This document shows, piece after piece, positions 1 through 14,883 of a DNA stretch of 64,000 bases. The notes beneath the pieces were generated by a model. The model was given only the letters and a program-made list of their open reading frames with translations. It was not told where the DNA came from and did no database searches. Where the stretch lies: the sequence record MK250019.1; one strand, given 5' to 3'. Each line of letters opens with the position of its first letter. Position 1 is the stretch's first letter. The translations under genes were made by a program, and so were the position numbers.

Positions 1-1
1 C

Positions 2-3000
2 ACATTAAAAGGAGAGAAAGACAATCATATTTTTGTTAGTTATGAAACTATAAATTAGTTAATTGACTCTATAGATGATTCATTAGATGATTATGATACT
101 AGCTTAATATATATTCGTAAGGAAGTTATGAATAAACTTTCTGTTTTAGAAGATGAATAGACTAAATTATCAAATAAGGTTGATAACATCTTACCAGATA
201 TGCAACCAAAGTTTGATGAAATATATACAAAGTTAGAATCATTAGAATCAGCAGGAAAAGAATATACTGATACAAAAGTTAATGAATTAACTGAATATGT
301 TAATTCTTCTGTAATGGAAAAGATTAATAATTATGAAGGCACAATGTCTGATATGATATTAGATGCATCTTCTAAATTAGATAACATGCAGAAGGAATTT
401 GAATCAAAAGCGAAAGAAATTCTTAACAGAAGTGAAGATGTATATAATACTCTTGATGTTTCTCTTCGTAATTATGTTGATAATGAAATGTTGGGAATGC
501 AACAGTTTGTTCATTCTGAAACAACACAAGCAGTTATTGACATGAATGCAAAATATGCTGTTTTGAAAAAAGCAGTTGCATCTATAAATGCGTCAGTTAA
601 TGATGTAGATATTAAACATAACAAAAAGGAAACAGAATTAAATAGAACTATTGTTGAAACAGCAACACAATTAACAGAAGATTTATAGGTTGCTAATGTT
701 TCACTTATTAATTATATTAATCAATAGTCAGAATTATTTAATAAGAGAATCGATAAGAAGATTGATGAACTTGAATTTAATGTAAAATCTAAAAATATTG
801 ATTTAACAAATACAGTAGAAGAATATCAGCATAATATTAAAAATGATATTGCTGTATTCAATACATCTATGAGAACTTTTGTTAAATCAAGTCTTGCCAC
901 AGTTTAGACAGATGTAAATTCAAAGTATTCAGAATTAAAAACATATGTTACATCAAATGATGCATCTTTATTAAATTATGTTAATGCACTTGAAGTTGCA
1001 TAGAAGACATATATCAATAAGCATGATTCTGAAATTAAATCTTGGATTGCAACTGCTAATACTTCTTTATTTAATATTGTACGTTCAACTGATAGTAAGT
1101 TAAAGGATGATATTGATGCAATGGATTCACGTCATCAGGCAATGTATCGTTCAGTAGAATCAAGACTCGATAATCTTATTGATGATATTTCAACAGATCT
1201 TAATATCCTTGTTAATGAATATAATAAGGAAATTAAAAACTTTACACGTAAACATGTAAGCGATCTTGAAAATCAACTTAAAGTTCAAAATGTAAGTCTT
1301 GTAAATTATATTGACGATAAAGCACAGGAAGGGGTTAATGAAACTCGTTTACTCAATGCATCTCTTCGCACACAATTAAAGAATACTGTAAATTTACTTA
1401 ATACAAGTATTAACAATTCAATTCAATATACAGACGATGAAATTTCTAATTTGAAAACATATGTTGATAATGAAAATTCATCTATTATAACTTATGTTGA
1501 TAATCAAGATTCAAAAGTTAAGTTATATGCTGAATTAAAAGATAAAGAAGTAAAAAATTATATTGATGAATTAGAAGAGCAACTTAAGAAATATTCTAAT
1601 GAAGGAGATTCTTCTGTTGTTAATTATATTAAATTAACAAAAGATAATATTGAAGAGTTTGTTAAAAAACAGGATGAAGATACATTAAAGAAAGCATATA
1701 TTCATGATGATGAAATCAGAAATAATATGATTGCAGACTATAATGCATTTGTTCGTAAGCAAAAAGATATTGATGCATCTTTATTAAATTATGTTAAAAA
1801 TACAGATACTTCATTATTTAATTATATTAAGAATAGAGATGAACAAATAAAGAGATGGATTGCTATTGGTGATACGTCAATTTATAATTATTTCAAGTCT
1901 ATTAATACATCATTATTTAATTATGTAACAAAGAAAGATACCGATTTACAGAATACTATTGTAAATACAGGTACAAAGTTACAAAATGATATGGAAGTAT
2001 TCAAGACAAATGTTAATTCAAAGATTGATTCTGCGAATATTAATCTTGATAATAAGATGAATTCTTATAATACTTCAATGATGTCTTATATACAGTCTAA
2101 TGATGTTTCTATTATAAGTGCTGTTAACAGTAAAGATCATGATCTTGAAACAAAATTGAATAATGAAATTTCTAAAGTAAAAACACAATTAGAAACATAG
2201 GATTCATCAATTTTGAATTATGTATTAAATGCTGATTCATCTATTAAGAATAATATAGCTATTATTAATGACACTATTAATAATGAACTTAGAATTGATA
2301 TTAAGAAACTTAATACAAAAGTTGATGTAACAGAATCTTCTATTGTTAATTATATCAATACTAATGATCATAAATTAGGTTCTTATATTGATACAGAAAT
2401 TACTAAGGCTACAAATAATTGTAAAGCAAATGATTCATCTGTTGTTAATTTTATTAAGAAGGAAGATTCATCTATTGTTAATTATGTTAATGGTACAGTT
2501 AAGTAGGATTTACTTAATATGATTAATGATACAAATACATCAATTATTAATTATGTTGCTGCGAATTCTTCATTATTTAATTATATAACAAATAATGATA
2601 CATTACTTAAAGCTCTTATTGAAAGTAAAGACGGTTCTATTCTTAATTCATTAACATCTGCAGATGCTTCAATTATTAATTTAATAGAAAAATACAATAC
2701 AGAATTAACAAATAAAATTAATTCAAATGATTCTTCTATTAATTCAAAAGTTGATAAGTTCAATGCTTCTACATTTAGTCATTTTACATTACAAGATGCG
2801 AATATTCAAGCTAAATCAGATTTAGCAGATACATCTATTGTAAGTTATGTAGACTCACAATTTTCTGGATTTAATACAAGTATTAATCAATCAGTTTCAA
2901 ATATTAATAATAAGATTGATTCTGTAAAGAATGATCTTGAAAATACTATAGAAACAAATAATACTTCTATTGTTAATTATGTTAAAGCACATGATGCTGA

Positions 3001-6000
3001 TATTGAAAACATGATTACAACAAATAAGGAAGTTTATAACTATATTAATACACAAGATACATCTATTGTTAATTTTATTAAGAAACAAGATTCAGAACTT
3101 GATAATAAAATTGATATTGTAAACAGTAACCTTAATAATAAATTAGATACACAGAATGCAGAAATACGTCAGGAAGTTATCGATAAGGCAAATGAGGTTT
3201 ATTATACATTATCAAATAAGATAACAGATTTAAGTAATACTGTACATGATAATGATACTTCTATTCTTAATTATGTTAAAGCATCTGATACTGATTTAAA
3301 CAATAATTTATTACAGTTAGATACTAAACTTCATAATGAATTAGATAATAATAAGACAGAATTAAATAATACTATTAATTCAGCTATTACAGATTATGAA
3401 AATAAGAGAACTGATTTTGAAACTAATGTTAATAATGCTATAAGTGAATTTAAAACAGATGTTTCAACAAAATTCTCTTCATTCAATACAAAGCTTCATA
3501 ATGAAATGAATGAATTAATATCTAATGTTAATACAAGCATTAATGTTACAAATTCATCTACTATTAATTATCTTGAAAATGAAATTTCTAAAATTGATAA
3601 TAAAGTCAATAATTAGAATTCTTCATTATCAGTTGCATTTGAAAATTATAAAACAGCAACAGATACAATTCTTAATAATAAATTAGAAACAGTTAAATCA
3701 GATCTTGATAATACAATAAAAGATAAATTCACTGAAGTTGATATTACTCTTGACAAAGCAAAGACTGAATTAATTGCAACTAATGAAATATTTAAGAATG
3801 AAATTAATAATGATATTATTAATTTAAATACAGAAGTTGACAATAAATTAAATGATTTGAAATCATATGTTGATTCTGAAAATATCAGTCAGGATATTAA
3901 AAACGAAACACGTTATAATACTTTAAAGAATGATATTTCAACATTAGATAATCAAGTAAATACTCGTATTACTACACATGAGAAATTATGTGCAGCTGAT
4001 ATTGAAAATGCAAAAATTGAAATCAATAATAAGGTTAATACTGTTAATTCATCATTAGTAAGTTATATTGATAAGAATGATACTGAGATTAAACAGGAAT
4101 TTGCAAATAGATTAGCTGATTTAACAAATTATGTTAATACACAAGATGCCACATTAGATAGAAAGATTGATAAAGTTAATCATGATTTAACTGAAACAAT
4201 TACAGATGTAGATTTACGTGCAACTACCGGTATTAATAATCTTAGAACTGATATGAATTATGAGATAGATAGATTAGATAATAAGATCGATGCTACTGAA
4301 AGAAGTATTAGAACTGATTTTGAAACTGCAGATAATGCATTACGAGAAGAAATAACAAAGGTAAATCATGATATTCGTCAGGATATGAATTCTCGCGATG
4401 ATGATTTACAATAGCAAATAACTGATGTTAGCAAAGATCTTAAACAATTTGTTGTTGATTCATCTAATATGATTACAAAACATATTGCTAATGTTTCTTC
4501 TGATATTCATGATGTTATTTCTGATACATCTGCATTAATTTGGGGTTATATTGATAATACATCTGATGCAATTGTTAATTATGTTAAATTATTTGATACA
4601 TCACTTAAAAATTATTCTGATATAGAAGATAATAAATTAAAATTAAGAATTGAAAATGTTTCTTCTAAATTGATAGATGTAAGTAATGCATTAGATAAAC
4701 TCATGGGTACTGGTGATGTTACTACAGCTATAGATACATTTAAGGAAATTGAAGAATTCTTAAAAGCATACAGTAATAAAGATTCATTATCAGCATTATT
4801 AAAAACTAATTCAGATACTGATAAAGCATATGCAGATTCAATTTTAAAACGTTTTAAAGAATATATTGAGAATTATATATTAGACGGTTCTACTGATATT
4901 ATCAATAAGATATATAATACATCAAATGATATTGTTCACTTTATTTAGGATGTTTCAAATAAATTTAAGTCTTATATTGATATTCAAGACGGTAAATTAG
5001 ATGGAAAAATTACAGTATTAAGAACAGATCTTGATACTACAAATAGTAATATTACTGATTTAAAAGAATATGTTGATAATCAGGATGCAGCAATAAACAG
5101 AAAGATTACAACTTTATCAAATACAGTAGATCAAAATAAGACAGATATTAATCAGAAAGTTGATTTATTGAAAGATTATGTTAATAATGATGTTTCTAAT
5201 AAGATTGTTGCATATGTTAATAATGTTTCAAATAACATTGTTAAATATATTGATAATACATCTAATAAAATTGTTACATATGTAAATAATGTTTCTAATA
5301 AGATTGTAACTAAATTTGACACAGAAGTTGGAAGATTAGATACTCGTATTGATAATACCTCTGACTATATTGTTCATTATTTAAATGATACATCAGATGC
5401 TATTGTTGAATATATCAAAACAAGATCAAATACGCTTAACACTAAAATTGATAATGTTTCAGATTATATTGTTCATCAATTTAATGATGTTTCAGACGGT
5501 TTATATAAATTAATAACACTTAAGTATAATAATTTATCATCTTCTATTGGAGACACGATTAAGAAACATAATGAAGATATTTAGAATATTCAACGATATG
5601 TTAATCAATAGATTGCAGATACAACTGATACATTAAGACAAGAAATTAAAGTTGTATAGGATAATGTAACTGAAGTAGATAGAAAATATAATGAAAAGTT
5701 TGTTACTTTATATAATAAAGATCTTAAAGATGTTAATTCTTCTATCAGTAAGTTAAGACAAGATTTCGTTCAGGCTGATTATGATTCTAGTACATAGATT
5801 TATAATTATCTTAATGGTGACTTTAAAAATAGCATTACTAATAATATAAATAGTGTTAATAAAAAATTAACAGATTATATTAGAGATAATAATAAAGCTG
5901 TATCAGATCTTAATACTAAGGTTGACAATACTAAGACAGAAATAATGACTCATGTTAATGCAAGTTATATAGAAGTTACAGGTAAAATCAATTCTGTTAA

Positions 6001-7891
6001 TACAACATTAGCAAAAGATATTAATACAAAATATAATACATTAAATGATAAAATTACTTCTGTTAATAATACATTGACAGAAAAGATAAATACAAATTAT
6101 AATACATTAAATGATAGAATTACTTCTGTTAATAATACATTAACAAAGAGTATTGAAACAACAAATACTACTTTACAAGGTAATATTGATTCTGTTAATA
6201 ATAATCTTATTAAACGTATTGATTCATATAATTCATCATTAGCAAATTATACTGATGTTGAATCTACTAAATTATCAACTGCAATTAATAATGTAAATTC
6301 CACATTAACTTAGAAAATAACATCAGAAATTTCTACTGTAAATAGTTCTATTAAGGAGCTTAAAACATATGTAGATACTACATATTGGCAAAAGATTACA
6401 AATCATGTTGATACAAAAACATCTGAGTTATCACAACAGATTAAAACATTAGAAACAACAGTTAATAATAAGTTAAACGATAATTTTGTAAGTAATGATG
6501 ACCTTAATTCATTTGAATCAAAAATTAAACGTTATGTAGACGATCAGGATAAGTTGTATGATGGTTCTGTAAATGATTTATCAACAAGATTATCAACTAC
6601 TAATACAAATCTTAAAAATCTTAAGGATCAATTTACAGCATTAACATCAGAAAACGTAGACGGTACTATTAATACATACAAGGAAGTAGAAAAATTCTTA
6701 AAGAATATTAATGATACAACAACATTAGTTTAGTTATTAGCAACTAATAAACAAGAAGCTATTGATGCTGCTAATCAATATACAAATACAAGTATTAATA
6801 ACTTTAAGAATAATTATATTACACCATAGTTTAATTCATATAATAGTAAATTTGATGCTATTGACGGAAGTGTAAATAATATTGAATCTAAAGTTACAAA
6901 ATTAACATAGCAATCAAATACTTATTTAACTGCTATCACTGCTGCAACAACAACAGCATTAGGTGGTATTAAATTAGGTTATGTTGATTCTGAAAAGAAT
7001 GTTGCCGTAAGACTTTCGGAACAGAAAGCATATGTTACTCTTACAGATACTGCTATTAAGAAAGCACTTGGTTTCACACCAGCTGCACAAAATGCAAATG
7101 GAGAAGCATATACATTAACTGTTGCAAGTGATATTAAATTAGGTGGCATTAAAACAGGATATACTCCAACAGGTGCAAATGCAAGTAAGCAATTACCCGT
7201 TTCTGTTGATACAAACGGTGCCGCTTATGTAACACTTACAAATTCAGCTGTAACTGGAGCATATTCATATACATTACCAACTGCAAATCAATCTGAACTT
7301 GGTGGTATTAAAACAGGTTATAGAGATAATGGTAATAACATACATGTAAAGGTTGATGGTACAGGAAATGCATATGTAACACTTACTGAAACAGCAGTTA
7401 AAGGTGGATATAGTTATACATTACCAACTGCAGGTACTTCTACACTTGGTGGTATTTGTACAGGATTTAGTAATACTGGTTCAAAAGTAAAAGTTGATAT
7501 GAGTAGTAATAATGCTTATGTCGAGATTACAAAAGCTGCAATTACAAATGCGTTAGGTTATACTCCATCTCAACCAGTAACAGATGGAAATGGAAATCCA
7601 GTAGCTTATGTATTACCAACTGCAACTGGAAGTGTATTAGGTGGTATTAAAACCGGCTATACTTTATCAAAGAGTGGTACAACATTAAATGTACCTGTTA
7701 AAGTTGATGAACATGGTAATGCATATGTAAGTATAACATTAGCTGATTTAGAAGGTATAGGTACAATAACAACAAATAATATTGCTGGAAATGTTACTAC
7801 TATAATATAGTCTGATGAAGCATGGGTTACAAAACAATATTATGAAGGATTAACAGATAAAGGTAGTAAGACTTATTACATTTATGAATAA
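2..7891 (+). CDS. Giant coiled-coil virion fibre protein, at least 2,629 aa, 5'-truncated by the window edge, TAG=Gln
   Basis: All nine + ORF fragments from 200 to 7810 share one frame. The gaps I translated are interrupted only by TAG (about 20 in total), and the frame ends at TAA 7889-7891. It has more than 25 [DN]-[TS]-S-[ILV]-x-N-Y-[VI] and YVD coiled-coil motifs, and five C-terminal repeats of the type YTLPxAxxxxLGGIKTGY...VxVDxxGNAYVxLT. Confidence 0.85.
6032..6141 (+). repeat. 66-bp-period tandem duplication inside the fibre gene (22-aa unit)
   Basis: tataatacattaaatgata(a/g)aattacttctgttaataatacatt occurs at 6032 and 6098 with one mismatch. Confidence 0.9.
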
Positions 7892-7914
7892 TAATTCATT
7901 AATATTAAATAATA

Positions 7915-7949
7915 AAAGAGGTATAGAAATCAAAATTCTATACCTCTTT
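7915..7949. terminator. Bidirectional intrinsic terminator
   Basis: 14-bp perfect stem aaagaggtatagaa/ttctatacctcttt with A/T tracts, between convergent genes. Confidence 0.9.
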
Positions 7950-7953
7950 ATTT

Positions 7954-8301
7954 TTATTCTGTTTTTTTATTTCTTGTTCTTCTTGTTTTCTTTGGTTTAT
8001 TAATACCAAAGTCTTTTTCTATTTCATCTATAAAAGAATCTATTGATACTAATGCAGCAGGATCATCAATAAAAGGATCCAATTCTAACAGAAACTGTGC
8101 GAAATCGTTTCTATCTCGAAGAAATGCATTTAATCCTCTTCCTGAATCATAAACAAACTGAATTATAATATAACCGTCTGGATCATTAATAAAACTAAAA
8201 CCAATTGTTTGCTTTATATCAACAAATGTTTGCCCAACTCTTATAAATGATTTTAATTTTCTGTTTTTGAAAAATTCTTCATTTAATTCTAAATTATCCA
8301 T
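7954..8301 (-). CDS. Hypothetical protein (115 aa)
   Basis: Clean ORF ending in TAA, 2 bp downstream of the RNase H gene. Confidence 0.75.
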   Translation of the reverse strand: MDNLELNEEFFKNRKLKSFIRVGQTFVDIKQTIGFSFINDPDGYIIIQFVYDSGRGLNAFLRDRNDFAQFLLELDPFIDDPAALVSIDSFIDEIEKDFGINKPKKTRRTRNKKTE

Positions 8302-8303
8302 AA

Positions 8304-9503
8304 TTATTCAAATAATGCATTTGCTGTTTTTACTGTTCCATCTGTATTGATGTACTTATCCATTCCCTTAAAGATTTCTGCTTCAATTGCTTTCTTCTTA
8401 TCATATCCTTCATATTGTGTACCCTTAAGCAATACTTGTGATTTAAGATTCCAAAAGCTTTCAGATGGAATATCACCAATCATATAATCCAATGATTCTT
8501 TATAATCTTGTATATATTCAGGAAATAGTTTACTATTAAGTTCTACTAATACACGTTGACGCATTAATCGCTCACTGAAATCAATATCATTTATATCACG
8601 TTTACATACCTTCTCAAATACTGGTTTCAATTTATATTCAGAATCTACCAAATCCTGTACAGTGTTGATACCGATTATTTCACGTACTTTCTTTTCCTTA
8701 CCAGGAGTAATTCTTACTTTACGTCCATCTTTATACCAATTATAAAATGAAGGAACACAATCTCCATCATCACCACAGAAAATTTTATCAAGAACAACAT
8801 CATTAGGATTCTGTACAGATAATTCCATTATTGTATTTGCCTGAAGTAATTGTTTAATGTATGTTTTTGACATATCTTCATTTTCAAAGAAAATATCAAA
8901 ATTTGAATCCGCTGTATTGTACCATGTTTCAAATGATTCAGGAACATAAATATGTCTTTTACTTCCTTTTCCTTTACCTGTTGTATTATAGACAATACAA
9001 TATTGATGTGTTATAGGATTAAAATCAATAAGCTATCTAATATCAGCATCTGCACTTACTATAATAACATTATAATTTGGATATTTCTCAAAAACAATTT
9101 CTTTACACATTGCTGCAATATCATCTGCTTCACAATGTTCAACTTTAGCAACATGCATAGAATTTTTTGATAAGATCTTAAGAAGATCATCAGAACACTG
9201 AAATATATTATCCCAATTAATTGACTCTGATTTCTTTCTATTTGATTTATATCCAGGATTTAAATCATCTCCTGGTAATACATCTTTACGCCATGCATGC
9301 TGTGAATCTGTTGCGATAATTACATTTGTTGGCTTAAATATGTTAAGAATTGAACATACATCCGTTGTAAATTTATACATAAATGAACGTACATCTTCAA
9401 TTCTATTATAACCATTAACCTAACCATACAGACTATTCATAAATAATGATCTGAATAAAAGGTTAGACCAATCCAATACCAATAATACTTTTTTACTTTC
9501 CAT
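8304..9503 (-). CDS. rnh: T4-type RNase H / 5'-3' exonuclease (FEN family), 399 aa, 2 in-frame TAG
   Basis: Joins ORFs 9033-9380 and 8304-8873 and extends to ATG 9503. Motifs LLVLDWSNLLFRS, GYKSNR, EADD, SADADIR(TAG=Q)L and GDDGDCVP. Confidence 0.92.
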
Positions 9504-9530
9504 TTCTCTAAAATACGAAACTCGTTTTAT

Positions 9531-9559
9531 TTTATATAATTATTTATTAGTATTGTTTA
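9531..9559 (-). promoter_or_regulatory. Sigma70-like promoter (class II)
   Basis: TAAACA-N17-TATAAA upstream of rnh. Confidence 0.55.
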
Positions 9560-9586
9560 GATAAAGTCATTTTTATATAAGCAGTA

Positions 9587-10909
9587 TTATTGTTCAATGA
9601 TCTTATACCAATATAAATTATAATTTGATTTCTGTTGTTCAACTTTATTTGTAAATCCTTTTACAGCTAATGCATAAGATGCTTTAATAGTCAATTCAAA
9701 TATAGGAGTCTTATAAGATGATAAATTTGCTATGTTTTCTGATTCTATATTTGTAATATTAGTATCTTGAGTAATTATATGTGTTTCTTTTTGGTTTAAT
9801 TTTTTCCCTTCATCTGTATTATATAATATAGGAATATTCTTAGATGAAAAATTGTCATGATTTGAACCGGTAACAACATCTATTATTTGCTGTTTATCTG
9901 AATTATTATCATTTTCTTCATCTTTAACAGTTATCTAAACATTATAGAAAGGAACTATAAAAACAGAATCTGCATATGATGCTAGATCGTCTTCTTTAAT
10001 TTCTTGTCCATATATATTTGATATAAGAGATGTAAGTTGTTTTTTAAAGTCTTCTGTTAATTTTATATCAAAAATAGATTCCCATTTAATTAAACAACCT
10101 AATTTCTAATATAACATTATATCACATAATTTTAATGGTTGCTAATCATTTATAACATATTGATCTGTTTTTGATTTTAATTTGTCATCATTTATAAACA
10201 ATGTAGGCATATATTTATTATTGAAATAAACCTTTCTACAATAATCCAAATTTCCACTAGAGATAACAATATATAATTTACCAGACAGCAACTCCTAAAC
10301 AGTCGGCACATATGTTCCATCATATTCTACCGTTTCTGTTCTATCTTCTATTTCTTTATTTTTCTGTTCTTTATCATAATTAATATATTCATATCCTATT
10401 GGCATTATAGAATAACTGTTTTCACTACTATTATCAAAAAAATATAATCCTTTATAGTCATCCTATGCTATATATGAATCATTTAACGCCTTTAAATATT
10501 CATATCCATATTCTACAAAAATATCTTCTAATGATGCTTCATTTGCATTAGTTGCGAATACAGGATTAAGTACACATCCAGCAAACTGCATTGCATTATA
10601 TGTTTTACTTTCATTATTTGGATCTTTATATTTTTGAAAATACGTATAATCATAATAATTGTCATTTAATTCATTATTATCAAAATATGTTTCATTTTCT
10701 TTAACAATATATTCTTCTGCATTTATATCATGTCTATATGTACCATAATTTCGATAAAAATCATTATTTACTTGATGTTCATCTGATGCAATATCAGCAA
10801 CTTTTTTATTTTCAATATCATATGATAATCTATCATAACGTGAAAAATCAAATATATTAGTATATGTCCTTAATATTTTCTCATATTCATTATTAACAAT
10901 ATCTGCCAT
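9587..10909 (-). CDS. Hypothetical protein, 440 aa, 5 in-frame TAG, probably late/virion
   Basis: ORF 10463-10909 reads through TAGs at 10463, 10295, 10142, 10106 and 9935 (all checked in frame) to TAA 9587. Confidence 0.8.
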
Positions 10910-11007
10910 ATTTATATGTACGTATAAATATTTATAATATTTATTAAATGTATATTAACTATTTAAACAAATAAATATTTAAATCAATTTTAATACAATT
11001 TTATTAA

Positions 11008-12897
11008 ATGGAAACAACAAAAGATAGTAATAAACTTACAATATATAAAGGTAAATCAGAAGAATATGCATTTATTCCTTTAGATGTTTCTGAAAAAACT
11101 TATTATAACTTTACTAATGGTATTATTTATAATGATGGTAGTACATATATTAAAAATATAACGGCTGATACATCACTATATAATTTTATTAAAGCTAAAA
11201 TCATGGATGCTTCTGCAATTAGAGATCCTGATACTATAAGTATAACTAATGGAACATATAATATAAACGGATATTTAAGTAATAATATGTTAACACATAA
11301 CATAAAATTATATTATATTGAAAATTTTAAATATACATTGGATACATCACAATATACTAAAGGCGATGATGAAAATACAAACGTAGTAAATAGAGGAAAT
11401 ACTTATATGTTTACTATTATACCTAAATTAACAAAAGACGTCTCTGTACTTGAAGCATCTCAAAAGCCCGTTGAACCAGGAGGAGGATCTGGTGCTGGTG
11501 GAGGTGATACAAGTTCTGGTGAAACAGAAGATCCAAATAAAAAATATGATATTGTATTTAGTGTTGATGGAAATCAAACATTATCATTAACACGAGTAGG
11601 CACAACAAATAATTATAAATTAGGTGGAACTTTAGTTATTAAATATAATCAATCTGATAATTCTATTAAAGGCGATGTTGGAACAATTAGTACTATTACA
11701 AATAATAATAGTATTTATACATTTGTAATATATTTAGGTTCAGTTTCACAACCTTGTGTGATATAGAGAATTGATGGATATAATACAACATCAAAGTTAT
11801 GGGAAGGTAAAATTAATATAAATTTAGATGAAATGATACCTCATATTACATATACGTTATTAAGTCCCGGTAGTACAATAAGTTGTGAGTTACGTATGAA
11901 CATATCCAAAGATGTACCTATTTTTTCAAAGCATGGTTCTCGATTAAATTCATATATTGTAGAGAATGGGAATAGTTATGGTAAGGATAATTTTGGTTTA
12001 TATAAGTTTAAGTTAAACACTATTTCTGTTCCAAAAGCAGGTACAGCAAAAGCATATTTCTTATAGTCTTTAATAGGATAGTATGGAACCTGGGACCAAA
12101 CTGCATTAAATGTAATGAAAGTTAATAATATGTTTGGTTCGAGAACTAGTGGTATTTTTATTATTGTATCAGATGGCAAATATCTAAATTACGCTAATAT
12201 TTCTAGTAGTATTACGTCAAGCGTACCAAATTATTTAGTTGGTGATTTTAAATTAGCATCAACTGGTCATAATAGTATATTCACATCTCCGCTTAATAAT
12301 AATAATACCACTGTTGTGCTAGATGGTCCTCCGATATTTTTGTATGATGAAAGTAATAAGCAAACAAAAATAGACAAAACAAATGGTTATGAAACTGATA
12401 ATAATATATTTGATGAAACATATTTTAAACATAAGTCAGGAAATAAATTCCCTGTTCCTGCTAGTACAGAACGTAAAAAAAATATTATTAACTTAAATAA
12501 CTATAAATATCTTATGTATGAAAAGAGTTCTTCAAAACCGAATCATTATTGTGGTAAACAACTTACTAATGCAGATTTAAGTGCATATGAAGGAAAAACA
12601 TTTAATGTTGTATATGAAGTATGGACATATAAAATAAATTCAGATTTTTAGCCTTCTATAAATACACCCATAAAAAATAAAGATGGTGAACATATATTAA
12701 CATCTGTAAGTCCATCATATAATTTAAACTAGAAAATTGATAGAATTGATTGGGAAACAGGAGGAGGTGGAGGAACAACCATCAAACCAGTAAATACTAC
12801 ATATACTGCAACAGTAACACAGTATAAATTATATAGTTTTAAATTATCAAAAACAGATTCAACAACAGGTGTATATGAATATACATTTACAGATTAA
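11008..12897 (+). CDS. Multidomain beta-rich protein with Gly linkers, 629 aa, TAG=Gln, probably virion
   Basis: ORFs 11008, 11833 and 12115 share a frame and are separated only by TAG; the gene ends at TAA 12895. Contains linkers GGGSGAGGG and GGGGG. Confidence 0.8.
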
Positions 12898-12902
12898 ATA
12901 TA

Positions 12903-12940
12903 AAAGAGAGATAGAACTTAACAATATTCTATCTCTCTTT
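12903..12940. terminator. Bidirectional intrinsic terminator
   Basis: 14-bp stem aaagagagatagaa/ttctatctctcttt between convergent genes. Confidence 0.9.
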
Positions 12941-12944
12941 ATTT

Positions 12945-14792
12945 TTATGAAAATATTATATATTTAATTTTTATAGGAATTTCATTAGGATTATACACTA
13001 ATAAACTCTATAATAAGTTTTTAACTTTTAATTGTTTATCATCATCTTTACCAATTATCATATATCCATCTCCAATTCTTAACCATAAATCATTTGATGA
13101 TAAGTATTCCATATACTTATATAAACCTATTACACATTCTACTGACGTATCATCATGTGAATCAACAAATTTTACATTTGTTTTATTAGGATTATTTTCC
13201 CATAAATCATTATCTTCTGAATTTCTATTTGCATCTATATACATATCAGGATCATGATATTTTATAGGCTCATCATCAAAAACTCTTTTTTCTTGTGTTG
13301 CAGGTAATCTATAAAACTCATCATTTATATTCCAATCTGTGTCATATGCAGGTATATATAAATTATCAAAACTGTTTGTAAAACCATCATTTGATGAAAT
13401 ATCATTTAATGGTAAATTATCATAATCTTCTATATAAGCACGTTTCTCTTCTGGTATAAGTGCATTTATCTATACAGTAGCTAATGCTTTTTCAAATAAT
13501 GTTGCTTTCTTTTTTGATATAATATTACCTTCATAGTAATTACTTAATCTTTCAATTGATACAGGTACACATATTTCCAACTAATCTGCAACATGATTTA
13601 CCCATAATACATTTGAGTCATATTCTTCATCATTTGGCCAATTAGGAATTAATACAATACCACGCATTGCTCCATTAGGATATTTTACATTTCCTATACG
13701 TCTGTTTAAATCTTCATAACAATTAGATGGTCCAACCGAATTCATCATTTTAAATATAAAATCTTTAATAGCATCTAATATTTTAACTATATCATATATA
13801 TTATACAATGATAAAGGTTTTGTAAAATATTTCTAATAAATCTAAGGATATTTTTGTATTATAATATCATTGAATTTCTTTGAAAATATTAAAACACCAT
13901 TCTATTCAAAACATGGTAGAAAGAATCTTTTGATAACATCTATTTCATAAACAAATGTATTAAAATCATCTGTTATAGTATCACTCAATTTTAAAAACTC
14001 TCTGTAAATATCACAATTAATTTTATAATTATTAAGTTTAGAATTATCTGTTTTATCACCTATCAATCTAGGTTTATATTTTTCCAATAAACTTATAATG
14101 AAATCTTTTGTAATAACAGGTTCAACAAATGGAGAATCTTCAAATTCACCAATATCTCCTTTATTATTTTCATCATTTCTTAATATAGGAATAATCTTAA
14201 CATTCCTTACTATAAAATCATATCCTTCTTCCGTACTTTGAAAGTTTATATAGTCTATTTGCTTGTTAGAACTCTCTGTATCGTCATAACTTTTAATAGA
14301 TATAGAAACAGGTACCTTCAATTTATTTAATTGATTCTGGACCAAATTTACAAATGTTCCGTATGTTTCTCTCACTGTTTCACTCTCTACATGAACATTA
14401 CAAATTTTATTATTTTGTTTATATAAAATATCAAATCCTATATTACAATAACTTTCATAATCTTCTATAGATGAAATAATATCGCTTATTAAGAAAAACT
14501 GTGATTTATATGTTTCTCCGTATTCATTACCCTGTAAAAGATATGCGGAATGTGGTTGAAGTATTTTAGTTTCTACTGTATACTAAGTTATACCGGCAGC
14601 ATGTATAGTCGATAAATCAATAGATGCAAGAATATTTCCATTTGAATCTGTTATTTGTCCTTCTGAACCAGATATATCAAATGATGTATCCTTTTCATTT
14701 ATTGTTGATGTACATGCATAACCAGAATTTGCTACATTATTATTTTTTGAATATAATTGATAAAATAAATTTTTATTCTTTGTTGTTGCCAT
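12945..14792 (-). CDS. Hypothetical protein, 615 aa, TAG=Gln, probably structural
   Basis: Four - ORF fragments (13008, 13581, 13902, 14583) share a frame; the first TAA after the last fragment is at 12945. Confidence 0.78.
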
Positions 14793-14883
14793 TTCTGGTA
14801 TATAATTTACTTTCTATATTTATTAAAAAATGGAATCTATAACAATAATAGATCCCATTTTATTAACTATATAATTTTTATAA

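Noticed and set aside
2581-3843. Short minus-strand ORFs 2581, 2897 and 3646
   Set aside because: Antisense shadows of the fibre gene with no recognisable features.
200-7810. Nine separate + strand ORFs in the track
   Set aside because: They are fragments of one TAG-recoded gene: same frame, separated only by TAG.
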